A DNA stretch of 64,000 nucleotides from Sedimentisphaeraceae bacterium JB056 (GTDB lineage: Bacteria > Planctomycetota > Phycisphaerae > Sedimentisphaerales > Sedimentisphaeraceae): NCBI GenBank assembly GCA_044440125.1, contig JBITAJ010000024.1:1-64000 (forward strand), written 5' to 3'. The translations under genes were made by a program, and so were the position numbers. This document shows positions 60,001 to 64,000 of this stretch, one piece after another. How positions within the stretch are numbered: position 1 is the first letter of the stretch; every line of letters begins with the position of its first letter. The notes under the pieces were generated by a model. The model did no database searches, was not told the DNA's origin, and saw only the letters and a program-made list of their open reading frames with translations.

Positions 60001-60366
60001 CAACATTGGAGGATCGTAGCTGTGAGTATCAACCATATCAACGACAAATTTACAATCACCCTGCTCAACATCACTTACAATATCAAACAAGATTACAAAA
60101 TCATGAGATCTGCGTCCAGAACTGCCCCCGTCAACAGGCCCCGGATGCCAGTAAGACCAATCTTTTGAAGCTTCTGACCTGCCAACACAATATACAGGAT
60201 CGCCCTTAAAATATTCATTAAACTTATTATACTGATTGGGAGCCATCGCAAATTCTTCAGTACTGTTATCTCTGCTACCTATCTCCCACAGCAATTTATT
60301 GCCCTGAGCACATGTTATGCCAATAAATGATACTAAGTAAAAAATTGCACAAAATATGTTTCTCAT
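57067..60366 (-). CDS. GH38-like glycoside hydrolase with N-terminal PL4-domain-III-like module
   Basis: PHSHVDLGYT, FKWNVE, ISDVPGYTW, GDNGGP, DFTPYWEDG, YTEHTWG, MNNYW.TNF; signal peptide. Confidence 0.85.
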   Translation of the reverse strand: MRNIFCAIFYLVSFIGITCAQGNKLLWEIGSRDNSTEEFAMAPNQYNKFNEYFKGDPVYCVGRSEASKDWSYWHPGPVDGGSSGRRSHDFVILFDIVSDVEQGDCKFVVDMVDTHSYDPPMLEVAINGNSTQHQLRAGGGDGSIFGDPSKGKESLIEVEFPSSYFKKGSNEIIITSLRGSWVLYDWIGLYTPVSMNYESPTDVVRLLAAKPGISLKTIGDKLHQSVEYEVLNFGNNNKAEINYSGNSGEKISLAEGINSFEFFVPAVEKATEIQFDFIAESKITTSKLTVEPLRKWDIYILPHSHVDLGYTHKQEEVLVNQKRFIDDAIEMSKATSGNPEGSVFKWNVEVLWAVESYVNTHPSQDVKKLIDAVKKGWIGLDALYGNQHTGLAREEELFRTVQFAKELREKYGFNIDSAMISDVPGYTWGVVPALAKSGIKYMSWGPNGGDHLGGTRQAWDNKPFYWISPSGKEKLLCWQTNNGYYPAFNNADQLKAYINRIKQNESAYPYDILYTRFTTGDNGGPSRDIASFVADWNSKYDYPRLIIATTSDMFHDFEQRYGESLPEYSGDFTPYWEDGAASSARETAISRNAAERLVQAETMWSMLDSENYPSNKFDKAWMSVMLYTEHTWGANVSISQPDSEFTKGQWAWKRQKALDADKWSKMLLNGALSKVASFKNEVENIEVFNTLSWDRTDIVTLESGSEDNVVKDYQGTIVPSQLLSTGEFVFIAENIPAFGSRCFKIVSGEVERGDVKASKRQISSKDITLKFNQSTGAIESLRLKGVDVDLADTKSGMGLNEYYYVLGDDTEPVKNGDVAIEVKEQGAVLSTVEITSDAPGCNKLTREITLIEQLGRIDITNTLDRKQVREHEGVHIGFDFNVPQGKMLVDIPWAVINPLEDQLPGANTLFMCVNRWIDISNKDYGVTWVTLDAPIVEKGGINVRNFYPDWTKELSKSNTFYSYVMNNYWWTNFKADQEGVTTFRYSIKPHLGSEIIDMQKYGISCSRPLVAVSVDSVRQDSQKLFSITNSNIIATSVRPLNNGNALEVRFFNTTTESQKFDIDSVEDYVCRNQECGEKVEFPITLSKFEIMTMEFVKSK

Positions 60367-60439
60367 AATTATCCTGCTTAAAACTGTTATTATCAGGCTA
60401 AAGCCCCTTTTATTATACTTTAATCATAACATTTTGTTT

Positions 60440-60505
60440 ATTCTACCCCTTACAACGCTAATAAACAATCCTTATTAACGTTATAATATACCGTTTTTGC
60501 GCAAA
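60440..60505 (-). promoter_or_regulatory. Activator-dependent promoter with tandem AraC-type sites
   Basis: Minus strand GCGCAAAAACGGTATAT and ACGTTAATAAGGATTGT, 21 bp apart; -35 TTGTTT-17 nt-TAGAAT; same spacing as 43769-43834. Confidence 0.75.
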
Positions 60506-60558
60506 CAGCATCTTAATGTGTATAATTTAGGCAATTTTAATCGAGAAAAACCAAAATA

Positions 60559-60596
60559 CTAAAAAATCCTGATCCAACATGGCAGATCAGGATTTT
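60559..60596 (-). terminator. Intrinsic terminator downstream of GH92
   Basis: 12-bp stem AAAATCCTGATC / GATCAGGATTTT, followed by a T run on the minus strand. Confidence 0.75.
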
Positions 60597-60662
60597 CATT
60601 ATAAATTACGGCAACAACAAAGTTTCATTAATACCACTTAACCTATCTGGTTAAATCGGAGG

Positions 60663-62918
60663 CTATTCGACACCCCATGATTTATTGGGCTCATTGCCCA
60701 TTACAAATATGAGCTCGCCGCCATTGGATATTGTTTGATGGGTTATAGACGATTTATTGTACACTTTTCCATTTAGTGCAGCTGATTGTATATAAATATT
60801 TTCAGCAGAGAGGTTCACTGCTTTGATTGTAAATCTGCTGCCACTATAAAAATCATTATCCAACTTTATAGACACTGACTCGAAAATCGGAGCAGTTAAC
60901 TGATAAACAGGCTCTCCCGGGCAAAGCTGATACAGCCCCATTGCACTCATTACATACCAAGCTGACATACAACCGTAATCATCGTCCATTTGCTCTAAAA
61001 AACCATCAGGCGTGGCTTTGTATATTCTATCAAACTTTGGCGTCCTAAAGAATCCGTGCGTACCGTATCGTTGAAGCATTTTTTCTGTGAGTATTTTGCG
61101 AACCCATTTTTGGGTTTGCCAAGGTTCTCCCGCATAATTAAACAGAAACGGCACATGTAAATCAGGCTGATTACCATGATTGTAAAGATCTTCTTCAAAA
61201 AAATAATCAAGGTCAGAAGCAAACTTTTCTTTGCCCCCTATCAATTCAATAAGCCCATCAACATCATGAATAGCAGTCCATCTCCATTGCCACGGAGTAC
61301 CCTCGTACATATACTTCTCGCGATTTAAAGCAGGACTTTCCGGAAAATCAAGCCATGTTCCATCTTCCGCTTTAGCTCTAAAAAATCCAATACTTGGATC
61401 CCATGTATTTTTGTAAGAATTAGAGCGTTTTATAAAACGCTCATAATCATCTTGCTTGCCTAATCTCTTTGCCATCTGAGCAACACACCAGTTATCATAG
61501 GAATATTCACAAGTCTGATCAGGTCTTGCCGGGATATAGCCGATTTCCTCATATTTTTCAGGCATCTGAGTCAGCATTTCCTCAACTATGCCCTTATAAG
61601 CTTGCTCCTGCCTTTGATTATAGATACCTTTTTTGTAAGAATCTAATACCATAGACATCATATGCTCATTACGGCAATTCATAAAGGGAAGAAAACCATT
61701 TTTACCAGAAAATACAAACATACAAGAATGAGGCTTATGCTCTGGGTCTGCATAATGCCAATATCCGGATTGCTGCTGATAAAGATTAATAATCGAGTTA
61801 GTTATTTTCCAATACAACTGAGGATTAACTATACTTATAAGCGGATATTTTGTCCTATAACTATCCCAAAAGGCAAAATTAAAATATTGCTTATTTTCTT
61901 TATCTGTATATATCGCTTTGTCTAAGCCAACATATTGTCCATCAACATCAGAAATTACCGAAGGTTGATGGAATGAGTGATATAGATGAGTATAGAACAA
62001 TTCTTTATACTCAAAATCACCCTCAACCTCTACTACAGAAAGCTTATCGTTCCAGTTATCTTTGACATCATTAACTATCTGGTTAAAATTCCAATCAGCA
62101 AGCTCATACCTGAGATTATTTCTCGCTTGCTGCCTGCTCACAGTAGAAAATCCAATCCTTAGGTAAATATCTTCACCTTTATCTGCCGTAAAACCAAAAG
62201 ATACACTTGGGATTCTTGAACTGCCTTTAAGAGGCTCAAAATCATCACCTAATATTATGCCTCTATCAAATGATTTGCTAAACTCTCCATAGAAATATTG
62301 GCTACCAAGACCATTAACCATACCGGTAAACGCATCTTTACCAACAATCTCAATTTCTGATTTTTTGACCATATGCCGTCTTGAAGGGTCAACTAAAATA
62401 TGAAATTCGCCAGATTCTGGAGATGTATATTTATGAAAACCGCAATGAGCAGTTACTGTAAGCTCAGCTTTTATCCCATTATCCAAGGCAACCTTATAAT
62501 ACCCCGGATGAGCAACTTCGGTAGACTTATCAAACCTGATCTTTCTTTTTCCGGTTGATATTTCATCGTTACTATTGAGGTATGGAAAAACAGACACAAA
62601 CCCTGATCTGTCAGAGATGCTGCCGCCGCCTGAAGTTGCAAGCCTTATATGACTGAATCCCCGAATAAACTTATCAGAATAATTGTATCCTGAATGGGCA
62701 AAATCGCCATCACCGGTTAAACTGCTCGGATAGGTATCAGGACCAAGCTTCACCATACCATTGGGATAATAAGCCCCGGGGAAAAACTGTCCGCTATCAT
62801 CTTGAGTACCGATGAATGTATCTACATAATCCACCGCCGTGATTTTCATTTCGGAAGCATATACAATAAAATTGAAAGCCACAATTAGTATCAGTACATT
62901 TAATTTAATCTTATTCAT
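60663..62918 (-). CDS. GH92-family glycoside hydrolase (alpha-mannosidase-like)
   Basis: YVDTFIGT, FPGA..P.GMV..GPDT, GFSH, PGYY, WDSYRT, EYSYDNW, YEGTPWQW, HGNQP, DDDYG.MSAWY. Confidence 0.9.
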   Translation of the reverse strand: MNKIKLNVLILIVAFNFIVYASEMKITAVDYVDTFIGTQDDSGQFFPGAYYPNGMVKLGPDTYPSSLTGDGDFAHSGYNYSDKFIRGFSHIRLATSGGGSISDRSGFVSVFPYLNSNDEISTGKRKIRFDKSTEVAHPGYYKVALDNGIKAELTVTAHCGFHKYTSPESGEFHILVDPSRRHMVKKSEIEIVGKDAFTGMVNGLGSQYFYGEFSKSFDRGIILGDDFEPLKGSSRIPSVSFGFTADKGEDIYLRIGFSTVSRQQARNNLRYELADWNFNQIVNDVKDNWNDKLSVVEVEGDFEYKELFYTHLYHSFHQPSVISDVDGQYVGLDKAIYTDKENKQYFNFAFWDSYRTKYPLISIVNPQLYWKITNSIINLYQQQSGYWHYADPEHKPHSCMFVFSGKNGFLPFMNCRNEHMMSMVLDSYKKGIYNQRQEQAYKGIVEEMLTQMPEKYEEIGYIPARPDQTCEYSYDNWCVAQMAKRLGKQDDYERFIKRSNSYKNTWDPSIGFFRAKAEDGTWLDFPESPALNREKYMYEGTPWQWRWTAIHDVDGLIELIGGKEKFASDLDYFFEEDLYNHGNQPDLHVPFLFNYAGEPWQTQKWVRKILTEKMLQRYGTHGFFRTPKFDRIYKATPDGFLEQMDDDYGCMSAWYVMSAMGLYQLCPGEPVYQLTAPIFESVSIKLDNDFYSGSRFTIKAVNLSAENIYIQSAALNGKVYNKSSITHQTISNGGELIFVMGNEPNKSWGVE

Positions 62919-62924
62919 ATCAGC

Positions 62925-64000
62925 CTACAATCTTTCTTTCAAAATACTGCTAAACTCTCTATAAACCTTGCAAATTAACTCTCCAAACAATGTATTTGCC
63001 CAGGCAAACCAACTTCTGCTAAAATTGTTGCAATCATCCTTATGAAAAGATTCGTGCATAAATCCAGAGTTGTTATGAGTTACTTTAAGCATAGACAAGC
63101 ATTTTTTAATCTCATCAGCATCATTACTGGTTAACGCTCTTAGGATAATACCCATAGGCCAAATATTTTCCTTGCCGGTATGCGGGCTTCCCTGTCCACA
63201 AGCGACTTTGCCACTTATAAAATATGGATTAGAGTCACTAAGCAAGAATTTTCTTGTTTGCTGATAAACCTCATCAGAAAAATCGCATACTCCAATGTAA
63301 GGCAAAGACATCAAACTTGGCACATTTGCATCATCCATAAATACCTTGTTTCCAAACCCATCAACCTCATATGCGTAAATCTCACCAAAACTCAAATGCT
63401 CAACAATTGCATAATCATTTACCGCATTTTTAATCTCAACAGAAAAGTCAGAACATTCTTTTGAGAATTCTAAATCACCCAAAATATCACTATATATCTG
63501 AGCAATCTGTTCAAGCGATTTTGCGGCAAATAAATTTGATGGTATCAAAAATGGAAACAATGTTGCATCATCCGAAGGCCTGAACATTGAACATATCAAA
63601 CCGATTGCTTTTACCGGTCGGCCTGTACCTTCAAACAAGGGGGCGTCTGTCATCTCGTCGGTAGTACGCTTGAAACGGTATGGAGTTTTAGAATCTTTTC
63701 GTTGTTCAGTTCTGAATGTCTCAACAATTAAATGCATGGCCTCATCAAAACCATCATCAAATACTGATTTATCACCAGTTATCTGCCAATACTCATAAGC
63801 CAATCTAACGACATAACATAAAGAATCAATCTCCCATTTACGTTCATGGACACCCGGTTTCATTTTTGGTATATCATTATTCCAGCGTGAAACCTCATTA
63901 ATATCCTTATAGAATGCGTTTGCATAAGGGTCCAGTATCACACATTTAACCTGCCGGTGTACAAGCCCCTTAATCATTTCTCTGAGTTTAGAATCTTCAT
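62925..64000 (-). CDS. GH125 exo-alpha-1,6-mannosidase (5'-partial; frame open to the window edge)
   Basis: DPYANAF, ERKWEIDSLCY, SMFRPSDDA, YAYEVDG, MDDANVPSL, GSPH, MHESF, RSWFAWAN. Confidence 0.93.
   Translation of the reverse strand, partial: EDSKLREMIKGLVHRQVKCVILDPYANAFYKDINEVSRWNNDIPKMKPGVHERKWEIDSLCYVVRLAYEYWQITGDKSVFDDGFDEAMHLIVETFRTEQRKDSKTPYRFKRTTDEMTDAPLFEGTGRPVKAIGLICSMFRPSDDATLFPFLIPSNLFAAKSLEQIAQIYSDILGDLEFSKECSDFSVEIKNAVNDYAIVEHLSFGEIYAYEVDGFGNKVFMDDANVPSLMSLPYIGVCDFSDEVYQQTRKFLLSDSNPYFISGKVACGQGSPHTGKENIWPMGIILRALTSNDADEIKKCLSMLKVTHNNSGFMHESFHKDDCNNFSRSWFAWANTLFGELICKVYREFSSILKERL

Noticed and set aside
1..64000. CRISPR array, tRNA or rRNA
   Set aside because: No regularly spaced repeats, cloverleaf or rRNA signature seen; the GAATACGGAAAG repeat at 8247/8299 occurs only twice and is 12 bp.

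Overview
AT-rich bacterial DNA, inferred to be Planctomycetota (Phycisphaerae-like) from the GLUG-repeat surface protein, dockerin-like 'DxNxDxxVD..D....WL' modules and prepilin-type H-X9-DG proteins. Layout: (1) 1-8.6 kb: IS tail, a 1626-aa GLUG protein, a decayed ABC-permease pseudogene, an acr3 fragment cut by a truncated IS1634, and a 380-bp non-autonomous mini-element. (2) 8.8-30.4 kb: glucuronide/uronate utilisation locus (GH2 UidA, SSS transporter, three Gfo/Idh/MocA oxidoreductases, enolase-superfamily enzyme, UroD-like protein, esterase, two paralogous unknown secreted proteins, prepilin-type protein, GntR regulator). (3) 30.6-39.3 kb: nested mobile island (IS91 fragment, intact rve/DDE element with two nested sets of inverted repeats, DUF2924 + large serine recombinase, amidoligase-GATase-gamma-glutamylcyclotransferase operon, a decayed second rve copy, IS66 remnant). 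(4) 39.5-64 kb: alpha-mannoside locus (XylR-like regulator, prepilin-type protein, 2x GH92, 2x GH38-like, GH125, GxGYxYP protein, sugar porter) with a recognisable 42-bp activator/promoter motif. The strongest leads are the recombinase-borne amidoligase/GATase/GGCT module with hairpin-embedded twin promoters, the three-copy rve element family that brackets both this module and the uronate locus, and the repeated dockerin-protein/hairpin/prepilin architecture of the SusC/D-free sugar loci. No rRNA, tRNA or CRISPR array was seen. Family calls come from motif recognition by eye; no database search was run.
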